Assembly: GCF_023055435.1 (NCBI RefSeq)
Contig: NW_025963957.1
Coordinates: 2,108,001 to 2,172,000, forward strand
DNA from: Haliotis rufescens
Taxonomy: Eukaryota
Length of the DNA stretch: 64,000 nt
Direction of reading: 5' to 3'
Position numbers and translations under genes: made by a program. Below, piece by piece: positions 25,301-38,099 of this stretch; positions within the stretch are counted from its first letter, which is position 1, and every line of letters starts with the position of its first letter. Under the pieces are notes generated by a model that saw only the letters and a program-made list of their open reading frames with translations, made no database searches and had not been told where the DNA came from.

Positions 25301-27014
25301 TAATAATTAATGTACCATCATGTAAATTTGAATAATGTTGATTTCATTAATGTGTCAATAAGTATAATCTTAAACACAATTACATGTAGATATAATACCC
25401 CATAAGTATTAATGTATCAGTTATTACAAAGAAATACTGGAATAGCCCTAGATACCACTTTGGTGAAACCCACGGACACGTGCATGGCGCAGACAACCCA
25501 GAAACTTTATCGGGGCGATCAGGGATTCGAAGCCACAAGCATAGGTTACTGGCGTGCCCAAGGGACGCAACTCTGCAGAGCGATTTGTGTCGCCTAAGAC
25601 GACTGAACCAAAGGCCCCCACTAGCTGTTGATTATGTACTCGCAGTCACATTATCCCGTCACAACCACACCGTTTTGCATCAAATGTTGTGGCCGTAGCT
25701 CTATTTCACGTAATATCCTTTTAAGCTTCAGATCAACGTTTATCGTTCTCTGATCTTAATGCGGCAGTAAATCAGCTGTACGACCGCTGTGATGTTCTCT
25801 ATGACGCTGTATGGGATTAATATCCGGAGGTTTGTCGTCCGCGTCCGCCACCCCACGTTATGAATACAGAGAAGGGTTAGTTACCTGGATATGGGGTGAT
25901 CAATAATCGGTAAATCAGCAAATATTGATTTCATACACAAACATATCAGCTGTAACGTAACGTTGCTTGTAGGAACCGTCGATTACACACCGAGAAAGTG
26001 AACCATTGTAAACGCCTGTTGGATTATGAATATATTTCTGTAGCAAAACATGGCTGCCCTAGCGTTACCATGTACCAGAATAGAACCACGACAAATGCTA
26101 TGTCTTAAAATTATCCGTTTAAAAATATTTCCTTTAAGGCTTCAAAATCCGTTGGGGCCTTTTTCAAAAAGGGTTATTCACTTAATGTTTGTAATGTATA
26201 TAATTTCTTTGGTATTTTAGACGGTTTGCACAGTTCACCATTAACAAAGAGATGATGACGACTTGACTAAAACTTGGGGAAGTGATTCTAATATCCTACA
26301 CATATTTGCCGTGTACTTGGACATTAAATAGTACTTTGTCAACTGATATATGGTATCGAATCAAAGTGTTTTTTCTAAATGATTTGTGTCTGAATATTCC
26401 ACTTGTGCACATTATTATTTACAGGTTCCGAAATTCGTATTGTAGACACTAGAAGTTTCAGATAGTCGAGCATCTGTCGAGAAACCCGAATTCGAGACAT
26501 CGGTATGTAACTGATACATTATTAAGTTAGGGACAATAACGAAGTCCTCCTAAACCCGCCTTCTAAATACTGTGTGTATATATGTCCAGAACATAAGATC
26601 GAGAAAACGCAATTAAAAATACATTTCTACATTTTCGAATTCCAAATGTAGAAGGAATGGACGTGAAAAAAAATAGAAAGCATATTGATGATATAGGAAT
26701 AAATATTCATTTTAATATATCTAACCCTCCACTATATAACCATAATGTCTTATTGTACAAAACATATAAATCCAGTTCTTGTATCTGAAATGTTGTATAC
26801 TTTCTTGCAAGCATGACCCTTATGACGGTAGACTTGGAGATGACGAATGTTATTCGCTTCATACATGATTAATTTTATGTACGCGAACTTTAAAATGAAG
26901 AATGTGATTCGTTGTACGCATAATCTTAACGTACATGTACATGCAGGTGAAATTCCAGATATCATTTCAGTTCATACCGGTGGACTTCGAATAGTTCTCC
27001 TATGACTCGTTTAA

Positions 27015-27430
27015 TTAATGTGGATGGACTCCGATATTAGTCACCCTCGTTTCAACATTAGTGTGGATGGACTCCGAAATAGCAGATTTCCCTAATTTCA
27101 TATATAACATTAGTGTGGTTGGACTCCGAAATAGCAAATCTCCCTCGTTTCATATATAACGTTAATGTGGTTGGACTCCGAAATACCAGATCTCCCTCGT
27201 TCGTTTCATATATGACAATAATGTGGTTGTACTCCGAAATACCAGATCTCCCTCGTTTCATATATAACCTTAATGTGGTTGGACTCCGAAACAACAGATC
27301 TCCCTCGTTTCTTATATGTTATATGACCTTAAGGTGGGTGAACTCCGAATAAACAGATCTCTCTTTTTTCCCAGATAATGTCAATGTAGGTGGACTTCGA
27401 CATCATAGATGTCCTTCGTTTCATACACGT
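27015..27430. repeat. ~53-bp tandem repeat, ~8 copies
   Basis: tgtggttggactccgaaata.cagatctccctcgtttcatatataac recurs. Confidence 0.92.
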
Positions 27431-28309
27431 CCTTAATGGAAACCAGAGAATTTTTTGTAATGATTTACGTTGTGTTTTAATTCGATTATTCTTCTCAACC
27501 AAAAAGCAATAACTATGTTATGGCCTGATAGTGCTATGATATCAACGGGATACATAACTTTAGCTGCCCCGTGCGTTATTCACAGCGACCTGTCTAGAAC
27601 GCTATCATTATGCAGAGACATGTGTCTTTGGCGTTGATAGAGGTCGGGATAAGGTACATGGTTCATTTGACACGTTACCCGCTCATAGTTAGGATTATAT
27701 AGGTATTTATAGTTATGCCATGTTTTATACACAACGAAACCCCATACCCCTGACATATGTAATGTATTTTTAAAATCTCAACCGCTTGCAGCGATGTGCG
27801 TATTATCATAAAACGTGACACACTGTGTTTGGTCGTATATACATCTGTGTGAAGAATGTGATCATTAATGCTAAATATGTAATTAACTGATTAGGTCATA
27901 CATATAAAACGTAATGCTGAGCCTAATACTCAATCGCCAAGTGATTGCTCATGGCGCTAGACTTAGAGCACCAGGCTTTACTACCCCAGATAACGGATCA
28001 GTACGCATTCCGATTGCATTCTCAGCTCCACGGGGAGTATACAATCCAAGCTGGGCGTTGGAAAGTTTTTGCATTCAAAATACCGATACCACTAGTTTCC
28101 GATTTAAAATCCACCTAAATTATCATGACATTATCATGACATTATCATGACATTTGTCCTTTCCTTGTGTGCAATGTTTTTGAAAATCTTATATTTGGTT
28201 AACACACATAATTCTTCACATTATTAATATTGTTGACTTTTACACACTTAAGTCTATAAAAGAAACATAGAGCGTTATACGAAAATATAGGATGAAGAGT
28301 TATACTTAC

Positions 28310-28709
28310 AGCATGATGGACATGACATCCTGAGTCTTAACATCAGCATTCTATCCTGATCAGACCCTCTCACGCACCTGTATACTACCTGAACACAACA
28401 TTGTAACTCCCGGGTGTATTAGATCAACACAACATTAGGAAACCGAGGTGTATTAACTAAACACGTTATAACAGAGGACTAAGTGACGATACCATCGCCG
28501 AACATATATCTACCTCTCGTATCAGAGAAGACCCATGATAACATCGGTTGAAGACTCGTGTCAGGTTTGTCTACTTACAGGTGCACTTCGACTCACAACT
28601 CCCATGAACCTCCTGGGGGTAATCGATCCCGTCCGGATATTGATTCCACGGCCGTTGATCTCTAATAGTCTCGTATCCATTGTCAATCAGTTGATCAACT
28701 CCAAGATCA
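28310..28709 (-). other. Two candidate spliced exons (28709-28579 and 28388-28310)
   Basis: Acceptors ttttcccccgcccag and ttgtgttcag; both donors are GTAAGT. ATG at 28680 reads open across the phase-0 junction (MDTRLLEINGRG...SAP|VVYRCVRG...SCPSC). Confidence 0.35.
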
Positions 28710-29205
28710 CTGGGCGGGGGAAAATCAATTCACAAACGAACAAAACGGTTTCTATACAAACTCATTCCAGTCACGCTTGTGGAGACATTACGTTAGAAAT
28801 AAACCACAAACTAGGCTAGTAATGAACTAGTCCCGTCAACAGAAATATCGCACTAACATCGAACCGGTGAACAATGGGTAGACCGAGTGAGATATTTGTA
28901 CCAGCTTGTGACGAAAACGGGATTTACATGCACTAGACTGGCATTCTTTAACTGGGTGTAAAGTTCCCTGCTAAAACCTAATCACGCCGCCACGCTTCAC
29001 CCCATGCTGCTCATTGTAATACGCATTAGATCAAGGCAGATTTTGTTCGCTCAGGGGCAGGTAGCTAATGCGGGTATGTTAAGGTATATACTCCAACCTT
29101 GAGCTTATGCGCTTGTGGAATGGGAGTTAGGGCCTCCTAATACCCCATTGTATAATCATACAGGATGCTTCTCCTGTTTGGTAATGAGTTTGGTGATTGT
29201 AATTG

Positions 29206-29336
29206 NNNNNNNNNNNNNNNNNNNNNNNNNNNNNNNNNNNNNNNNNNNNNNNNNNNNNNNNNNNNNNNNNNNNNNNNNNNNNNNNNNNNNNNNNNNNNNN
29301 NNNNNNNNNNNNNNNNNNNNNNNNNNNNNNNNNNNN
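29206..29336. other. Assembly gap
   Basis: Run of N. Confidence 1.
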
Positions 29337-29947
29337 AATAATAAAAGAAGAAGTCTCCATTTCTAATGCGTCAAATGCCACTCAAATAAATGCTGATGAC
29401 GGATGGTGCTTCATTACTATTACCCGGGGCGATGGATCAGTGTGCGCTCGATTTTCATTCTCAGCTTCCTGGGGAGTACACAATACAATATGTCTGTGGG
29501 GAAGATAGTCCCATTACCATCACATCCTTCTGCTGCCTGGTATCAAATATACTTTATTTATAAACTGTTTTCTCAAATATAGTATGTCTTGAAGTTTTGA
29601 TTCAGCATTCTATTTCTGTCCTGGGTTTTGGTATAAACGTTTTCCGAATTGCATAAAGATGTGTTTATACATCTTAAGGATTGAATTTGGCAGCTAATTA
29701 TTGACATTGACATTAATTTGTGAGTGAGTACGTGCGTGCGTCAGTGAGTGAGTGAGTGGGTGAGTGAGTGAGTGAGTGAGTCAGTCAGTAATAATAATTG
29801 TGTGTCTCACTCACCAAAATAACAACATTCATCACCACTATCGAGCTTAAGTTTACTTTATTTTCATGATAGTTCAATACAGAGCCCTATAATTTGAGAT
29901 TTTACATGAAAAAAAAAAATCAATCGGTCTGATTTCTCATTTATATT

Positions 29948-31306
29948 CTAACAGTAGGTATCTTTGAGGAGGAACAGCCTGACATAGGCATTCTGGTCGA
30001 CAGGACTGGCGGAACATGCCGAATTGCCACCGAAGAAAGACGAAAATATGATGCCGTCGATTTGAACATCAGCAGCATTCCTCATAGTGACCCCAGTGAC
30101 GTCAAACAGCTTACCGAGGCCGTTCGCCGAGAGCCTGATGTAGCCGTCAGCCTGCCCGGGGGTGTTCAGTCGGACGGTCATCATCAAGGTGTACCACGTA
30201 TTGTAGTCGAAATAGAAGCTGTTCCCCCCAGTCTTGTGTCCCCAGTCTTGATTACAATCGACTTCAGGTGAGCTACAGAATCCTTCCTGCTGGGTGACAT
30301 CGGGGGCAAAGAGACTGATCCCTCCCATGCCCGCTGTTCTCCAGATGAGGCGGGAGGTGAAGCAGTCCTTGCCGGGGTCACCCCCAGCCGTACAGTTGAC
30401 CCCACCTCCGTACAGACCCGGCAACTTTCCACCGTAGGCGAAGTCGAACCCTGTTGGAAACAGGACCTTGTATTGGAGGGTGACGCATTCCCTGGGTGCC
30501 ACTGGGCTGGCGTAGAACTGTAGGCCGCTGTTCGGACCTGTCATGGCGTATGAACCTTGGGAGAAGGAGATGTCGTAAACTTTGTTGTTTTTACCATCGG
30601 GGTTGGGAGATACGGAAACTGAATCGCCCCCGATGTAAGTGTCTTGGTGTATATTCCATCCGTTTCGCCACATGTTGTTAATCAGTGGGTTTCCTGAGCT
30701 CCAGAACTTTACTGCAGCTGGGGATGTATAAAATTTTGTTTGTTTTATGTATTAATCCATTAATGTTGTTTGAGAACATGACAACGCTAAATTATTTTGG
30801 TCAATATTTCAAGATGCAGTTGGCCAAGAAACCAGATGTTGTCAGGGATGATTTGAGGTTTTTGATCCAAACGAACTCTTGAAATCAAACTTTTAAAACG
30901 CATCACTTTAAAAAATACTTTGTAGCAAAATCATTCTAAAAATCAAAATAATTGTCTGGCTCAAATAAAAGTATAGTGAAGTAGGTAGAATCGAACACAT
31001 TGACTGTATTGACGAGGCTTGTAATCTGTTCTGACCGCATTTCATTTATGTATTTTCTGTACTGAATGAGTGAGTTTATTTTTTTGCCCCTATTAGAAAT
31101 TTTACAGAAATATCATTGTCGTTGGCACCAGAAAATGGCTTCACACATTGTACCCATGAGGGGAATAGAACCCGAGCCTTCAGTGTGACGAGCGAACGCT
31201 TTCATCGCTAGGCCACCGCACCGCCCCCGTGTGATGCGTGATGAGGTCACTGACCTGTGGTTGAGATACAGCACCCCAGCAGCGTCAGCGTCAGCATCAT
31301 CGTCAT
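29948..31306 (-). CDS. Secreted PL14 (alginate-lyase-like) protein, type A copy 1, 273 aa; coding exons 31306-31255 and 30717-29948
   Basis: PL14 motifs FDFxxGGKLPGLYGG, CFTSRLIWR, VRLNTPG.ADG, IDGIIFSSFFGG. The 52-nt exon encodes a signal peptide MTMMLTLTLLGCCISTT(A), with acceptor ttgtccag and donor G|gtcagt. It joins in phase 1 to acceptor atccccag|CT GCA GTA AAG; 52+770 nt = 274 codons. AATAAA at 29857-29862. Confidence 0.9.
31244..31256. promoter_or_regulatory. Perfect IR1 palindrome AGGTCA-c-TGACCT overlapping the exon-2 splice donor of type A genes
   Basis: Exact match here and at 41546-41558 and 50413-50425. Confidence 0.35.
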
Positions 31307-32018
31307 GGTATCTGGACAAGAGAAAAGGGGTTTTCATTCATGAGTTCAGCATTCAACACACAGAGACAACGATAGGACGTTGCACACTCAGTGTATATAC
31401 ATTGGGAACCTTGTCATCATAGGCGACTAAATGGATCGGGTGGTTAGGCTCGGTAACTTCGATGATGCATGTCATCGAATCCCAGTTGCATAGATCCATG
31501 CTCAGTCACTGGATTGCCTGGTCCACACTAGATAATTTATTGACCACCGCCATATAATGGAATATTGCTGAGTGCGGCGTTAAACAACAAACAAACACTC
31601 ATGCCGTTTTGAACAACGATTCGGTTATACCGCGATATGCCAGCTTAAATAGAAACTAGGATCTCACCAATGACAATACCACCAACTTTATTCATCTAAC
31701 GATCTAAATATAAATACTCGTATCTGTAGGCAAATGTCTCAGGAAGTGAATCATGTTTCATTTGTCGTTTGATTACGACGCATGCACTTTGCTGATTTAT
31801 TAGGAAGACACGATGGGACGCAGCTCTATTTAGCGACACGTTAATATTAAAATCGTTTACAGGGAGCAGCACAGTCATGAACGTATTTATACACCTAATG
31901 ACCTTCGTTTTGAATGCACGACATTTGCAACTGTGCTTCTCGAATAAACCATAGTGACTTCTATAACAACAATAAAAGTCGGATTCCGATCGGGCAAAGT
32001 GTCTCTATTTCTACCTGG

Positions 32019-32019
<1 letters not shown>

Positions 32020-32066
<47 letters not shown>
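32020..32066. repeat. (TAA)n microsatellite at the 5' junction of the R4/Dong-like element
   Basis: Direct. Confidence 0.95.
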
Positions 32067-32067
<1 letters not shown>

Positions 32068-32069
32068 TA

Positions 32070-33410
32070 TAAATAAAGTAAAATTAAGTAATACGTATGC
32101 TGTACCCGTCCTTTCATATTCTTTTGGTATTGTTGATTGGACGAAATAAGAAATTCATGGTATTGACACCTTCACAAGGAGAATCATATCAGACAATAGA
32201 TCCCACCACCCTCCCTCTTCCCTCAATCGCATATATTTACCAATCATTATGGGAGGACGTGGTTTGATTAACGTTGGGGCTCTTCATGATAGAATTGTTT
32301 TGTGCACCTTTGCACACATTTATTTGTCTGATGATCCTCATGTGAAGCACGTCAAGAGTCATGATGAAAACAAGGCATTCCACAGTTTTCTAAAACGAGC
32401 CAAGGATGTGGGACATAATCTCAATGCCGGTGTTGATTTTGTTGATGGTTCTGTACTGCTGGACGGTACAGGAATGAGTGTCAAACAAGCGAAGTGCCAT
32501 ATTAAGTCGCCCAGACTCAGTTTTTAAAGGAGAGGCTATCTGAACGACCACTGCATCGAGTTTATGGGCAGTGTGTTGCGAAGATCAACATTCCTGCAGA
32601 GTCCTTTGCTTGGATGAAGTCGTCTGGCCTGAAAAGTGAAACAGAAGGCTTTCCGTTTGCTGCTCAGGACCAGTCACTTCCCACTCGAAACCGTCAATGT
32701 GTGATTTTGAATCAAAATGTAAATATGACATGTAGATTATGTAATGAATTCAATGAGACTGTCCAACACATTGTCAATGGATGCCCAGCTTTGGCACAAA
32801 GACAGTATCTAAAACGACATGATGGTGAAGCTCGATCATTTTATTACCGTCTTTGCTATGCTTGTGGTTTTGACACAGAGGTCCACCCATGGTACGACCC
32901 GGTATATGTAGAGGGCGTCATGGAAAATGATAAATACAAAATTCTTTGGAATAGGCCCATTTAAGCCTCAGACGTAGCCAGGCCAACAAACCTGATCTTG
33001 TCCTTTTTGATAAATCCAATAAAAGAATTTATATCATTGAATTTTCTGTCCCCTTTGACAGCAATGTGATTGACAAGATTGAGGAAAAACATGGCAAATA
33101 TGCAGACCTCGCTTTCGAAATGTCACGCTTGCATCCCAAGTACCAAGTTGTCCGACTCCCCATTGTTCTCGGTGCCTTAGGTTTGGTACCTCCCAATCTG
33201 TTGACTGACATTGGGAGAGTACCCGGGTTTGCTTCTGACAATCTGGGTAATGCAGAAGGCTGCAGTGTTGGGAAGTCTTCATATTCTCCGAAACGTTCTG
33301 GGTGGGTTTGACATGGCAGCGCTTTTTGGGAGAAGTCCCATTCGCTGTCTGGGCTGCGTGTAGAGGGGGCAAGGGCCCTGAGCTGATGATGAGCCTAACC
33401 TGACCTTAAT
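32070..33410 (+). mobile_element. 5'-truncated, decayed R4/Dong-like non-LTR retrotransposon (REL endonuclease) in intron 1 of type A copy 1
   Basis: Fragments NTYAVPVLSYSFG, GGRGL, ETEG..AAQDQSL.TRN, zinc knuckle CRLC...HIVNGC, KPDLV...IIEFSVPFD...KYADL. Preceded by (TAA)n. Confidence 0.8.
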
Positions 33411-33601
33411 AATTATATTAATCTATCATAGACATTTGGTTACGCATCACTATGAAATAGTGATGATACCAGGTGTTCACGAAAACATGAGCGTATCGTG
33501 CCCGACCGGGGGTACCTGTCACAAACACATGCAAAGGCTAAACTAAACTGTCATGTTAACAAGCAATACCTCACAGGAATAGTGACATTCACACAGCCTA
33601 C

Positions 33602-33664
33602 CTTGTCTCTGTTGTCAGCGAGGGAGAAGAGTGACAACACCGGACTACTGATGGTTTAAATATA
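33602..33664 (-). promoter_or_regulatory. Putative TATA box + short non-coding exon 1 of type A copy 1
   Basis: Minus strand: TATATTTAAA (33664-33655), TCACTC Inr-like ~30 nt downstream, donor AAG|GTAGG at 33602/33601. Conserved at the same place in copies 2 and 3. Exon 2 has an acceptor 5 nt before the ATG, which implies an upstream exon. Confidence 0.6.
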
Positions 33665-34282
33665 CACAACCCATATTATCTGTAGATCAAATTACCTGAC
33701 TTTAACATAGAAAGGAAGGAAATGATTTCTGTTGTAGCCTGAAGGCGTGCATATTGTGACACCAAGTAATGGAGGTACAGTTGTTGCGCGTGTCGATTGA
33801 CAAAAGCATCACACTCCAGAATTGCCGTGCACATGACCTTGGATATATACATCTAGTCATCAAAGCCAGGTCGCGTGTCTTCATATGCCTTTAGGAACAT
33901 TAAGTTTATGCCTCTTTAAGCGCACCTGAACTGACCAATGATATCTTGAAATCTTTCGATATTCCACTGCCACTGTTGTTTTATAGCGTAGATATTATGC
34001 CTTTGACCTCCACGTGTCTCTGTTTGTCTAATTTTACTGTCTCAACCAATTTAGATGATGCTTCAGCGTTGATGAAGCTGCAATTGTGTGTATTATATTC
34101 CAGCAATACTGACTCTAAACGTTGCTCGACAAAATCCAAAAAAATTCTCAACGTAGACTGACTAATTGGCCATTTGCACCCATCCGTATTTTCCTACCCG
34201 TACCTGCCTTTCGCTCGGCATTAAGGGACTAAAACAAGGACTGGTCGGCTCGAAGTCAGTATACTGTGTTTGAGTCGGGTAT

Positions 34283-34539
34283 NNNNNNNNNNNNNNNNNN
34301 NNNNNNNNNNNNNNNNNNNNNNNNNNNNNNNNNNNNNNNNNNNNNNNNNNNNNNNNNNNNNNNNNNNNNNNNNNNNNNNNNNNNNNNNNNNNNNNNNNNN
34401 NNNNNNNNNNNNNNNNNNNNNNNNNNNNNNNNNNNNNNNNNNNNNNNNNNNNNNNNNNNNNNNNNNNNNNNNNNNNNNNNNNNNNNNNNNNNNNNNNNNN
34501 NNNNNNNNNNNNNNNNNNNNNNNNNNNNNNNNNNNNNNN
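34283..34539. other. Assembly gap inside a SINE B copy
   Basis: Run of N. Confidence 1.
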
Positions 34540-34590
34540 GTGCAATAATCTTGGACGCGACGTTAAATCAAATTTCACCTCACCACCTCA

Positions 34591-34719
34591 CTGTATCCGC
34601 AAAAATAACTTTTGCAGAAACCACACTGGGACATCTACACCCATCAGTAAACGTACATTTGGGGTACGTGTCCCGCATGCGTGTTATTCTATTTTAGACC
34701 CATGTTTTTGCGGATACTG
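34591..34719. mobile_element. Small MITE-like element
   Basis: Terminal inverted repeats gtatccgcaaaaa ... tttttgcggatac. Confidence 0.45.
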
Positions 34720-35159
34720 ATGGACCTGCGGATGGAATAGCCACTGTTGTGACGTCACACTGAGTTGTAGATATGTGTTTAAACGTATATGTTCTTAATA
34801 GGATTCATGTGACTCCATGTTTATTTTCGCTGTTTCATATTTTACTGTTTCACGGTTAATAAAATAAAGTTCAAAGGCTTCAAAAGGAATTTGTTTATTT
34901 CCAGATTATATTTATAGCATTGTGTCCAAGATAGTGTGAATTGTTGTTTTCTGATATAATGCACTTCAAAAACATTCAGCCAGTCGTATCGCAATCATGC
35001 TTTTTGCACATTACCATAATTACATATTCCCGCAATGAATGGGTTCCTCCCTTAAATTATGAACGTAAAAGAAAAACATATATTTTGCCTGAAAGCTATA
35101 GATTGCACGAAGATGCTGAAGATGAGTAGATATCACTCGAGAAAAACTAAAAATGTGCA

Positions 35160-35950
35160 ATCAATCGGTCAGTCAGTCTGTCATGAGAAGGCCAAAGGCC
35201 TATAGTACATGTATACAAAGAAGTTGAGGGTACATTTATGCAATAGAATATACATCAAATGCCATGATAACTGTTATATTGCCTCAAGTCGTGGAGTAAG
35301 TGCATGCTTTCTGAGATTCAAGGCATGGAAAATGAACATTAATATAAATATCTTCGCGATATATTTTGTCTGCATTTGTAAGTAAAATTTGTGAGGATCC
35401 TTGAAAAAATGATCATAAATGAATAAGTAAATAGTGATATTCTTATCTTCTATATTATTACAACTACACAATTGACATATTCTGTCGTCTCTTTGAATGC
35501 TGCAGTGTCTACCTGATTCATTAAGGAGGCCATGAGAGCTGCATCTAAATCGTGCTAACGCCACTCGGAACTTCTTTAAATCTATTTCAACCAAATAGTG
35601 CTCTCTATTGAAGTTTCTTTTGATATCCGAATAGTGATTTAATTTATTGGACAAAGGTAGAGAAGATAACCACTTTGGGAAGTACATGTCTTTTATAATC
35701 TGTGTGAAGTCAATAATAATTCGCTCTGGAGTATCTACATTTTGACCACACAAAACCATACTCGTTGAATTAATTACCTAGCTGACACACGGTACCCAGT
35801 AAGATTTACCATGACGATCATAGAGTAACGTCTTATTGTAACATTACATCTGGAAATCTTGAATTTGGCATTTGTAGTCATTTTAGCCAGTAATTAAGAA
35901 CCTTTATATGTACAATGGACATCTTCCACATTCACCATAAATGTTGAAAC
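35160..35950 (-). mobile_element. Decayed 3' LINE fragment (RTE-X-like)
   Basis: LARFRCSSHGL...GRH...RICQLC..IED C-terminal motif, then a short tandem tail near 35160-35180. Clade assignment is from memory. Confidence 0.65.
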
Positions 35951-36380
35951 ATGTACTATAGGTTACATATCCAAGTCGCTTAAGGTACTGGAAAGTGCCA
36001 ATTAAAAGTTTTATTATCTAAAGCAGCCTTAATAATATGCAAAGTCCACGACAATCTGTTAGTAAAATAGACGCTAGGTTATTTAGAAAAAGTAACAACA
36101 TCTAGAGGTTGTCCTCTGTAAAACCATTTTTCTCATTGTCATTTTTTGACATGTTTAGGAATTGTTTCAATCCTGAACGGTATGCACATTTGGTGTGTTC
36201 TTTCTAAGCATGTTTAGGGCCCAAACACATCGCCCCATAGCCTAAACACCACCTAAACACAACACAATCCAAACATGTTTAGAATAAGACACCTTTAACC
36301 ATGTTTTGAAATTAAATTTAATGTTAAGAAAGTAGATATCATCAGACTATGAACCGAATTTGGATGAGATGTATGACATA

Positions 36381-37850
36381 TACTAAACAAAAGTTCCTGT
36401 GACATTGAATAAGATTCAATGCAAAGTTATGTTTTTTCCAAATCTGAAACAATTTCGGTTTCGAACAGACTCATGTAAGTGTTCAAATGGTTTAATTTGC
36501 CATACTGACTTCCGAAAATGCGTGATTTCATAAAAATCATGAACATGCCAAAATGTCAATTTGCAAATCAATAGTGTGTGTGTCCTCCTCTGGTTGCGAT
36601 GCAAGCAACACATCTTCGTCTCATGGAATGGACCAGGCGTCGCACAAAGTCCTGTGGGATATCTGTCCATATTTGCTGGAGCATGTTTCGAAGTTCCTGG
36701 AGTGTCTGTGGAACACGTGGTTGAAGGCGCGGATCCATCTTATGCCACATGTGCTCGATTGGTGAGAGATCAGGGAAGCGAGCCGGCCAGGGGATGACAT
36801 TCACGTTGTTTTGTTGAAGAGAATCCTGAACAAGTCGAGCAATATGAGGCCGGGCGTTGCCATGTTGAAAGGTAATGCCTGGGCCATGACGACGCAAAAA
36901 CGGTAGAACAACAGGGCCGATAATCTCGTCGCGGTAGCTCTGTCCATTGAGATTTCCCTCTACCACTATCAAACGGGTCCTTTGTCTTGCTGTGATCCCA
37001 CCCCATACCATAACGCTGCCGCCACCGAACCGATCTTCTTCCATGGCACAATGATTCACGTAGCGTTCACCTCGACGTCGGTACACTCGAATCCGTCCAT
37101 CGCTGTGGCTGAGGTGAAAACGAGACTCGTCAGTGAATAGAACTTGTCCCCACTGCATCGCCGAAACGCTGTCTGCACCACTGTAGACGTGCTTGACGGT
37201 GGTTTCCTGTCAAAATGGGACATCTGGCGGGTCTTCTGGCGACAATCCCAGCACATCTGAGGCGGTTTGTGAAGATATTCGTCGAAGGCCAGGGATGCTT
37301 CTTGCAGTCACTGTTGCTGGCTCGATTTCGTAGGTGTGTTGTTCGAATCCAGTTGTCTTGTCGATTAATGGTTACGCGTGGCCTGCCACTCCGAGGATGG
37401 TCTCTGACTGCATTCGTCTGTTGCCAACGTTGCCATAACCACCAAATGGTGTTTCTGTGGACGTTAAATTGTCGTGCAACATCACGTTGACTCGATCCTG
37501 CTTCAAGCATACCAATGGCTCGCACACGCTCATTTCCGGACAGGTGTGGCATTTCGTAATGTTGAATAATTGCGTAATTTTGTTGTTTTTCTGAGTGGTT
37601 GTTGTCAGCACGATGCTGAACAATGCATATGGAATCCCGTTAACGCACATGTTTTTATACCCATTCTTGGGTAGTGAAATGCATGGGGCTTGCATAAAAG
37701 TCAAGTTTTGCATGGAATGCGTGCTTTTCTGTAGCAGTTGCGTTTTTGTGACTTGATTCCATACATGTACTACAACATTGAAAACCAAACTTTACTTGTT
37801 TGAAAAATACACTAAAATATTGGTGTCACGGGAACTTTTGTTGTTGAGTA
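36381..37850 (-). mobile_element. Tc1/mariner DNA transposon, full length but frameshifted
   Basis: Imperfect TIRs (tact..aacaaaagttccYgtgaca) with TA on both sides. Transposase 37552-36568 has HTH/GRPR, FTDESRF and PDLSPIEH. The second catalytic Asp is lost (QHGNA) and there are frameshifts. Confidence 0.92.
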
Positions 37851-38099
37851 TATATTGAAATTATATGTGCAAATCAGATTGACAGGTACTTGCATAACAC
37901 ATATACCACCAGCACTAACAACGAACTTTGTTCAATATTAACATAAACATGTACATATTTACCAAGCTGATGGTGACAAGAACAATTCACGGAAGTAACT
38001 ACGGATAAGTGGTAACGTAAGTATGGATACGTGTCTTTGATACGGGCATGGAGACGACATAACGGACAGGTGTGATCCCGGCTTAAGATTGTTTGTGTG

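Noticed and set aside
30673-30673. ORF-track Met (MWRNG...) as the start of the PL14 proteins
   Set aside because: The frame stays open up to a splice acceptor, and an in-phase signal-peptide exon lies upstream.
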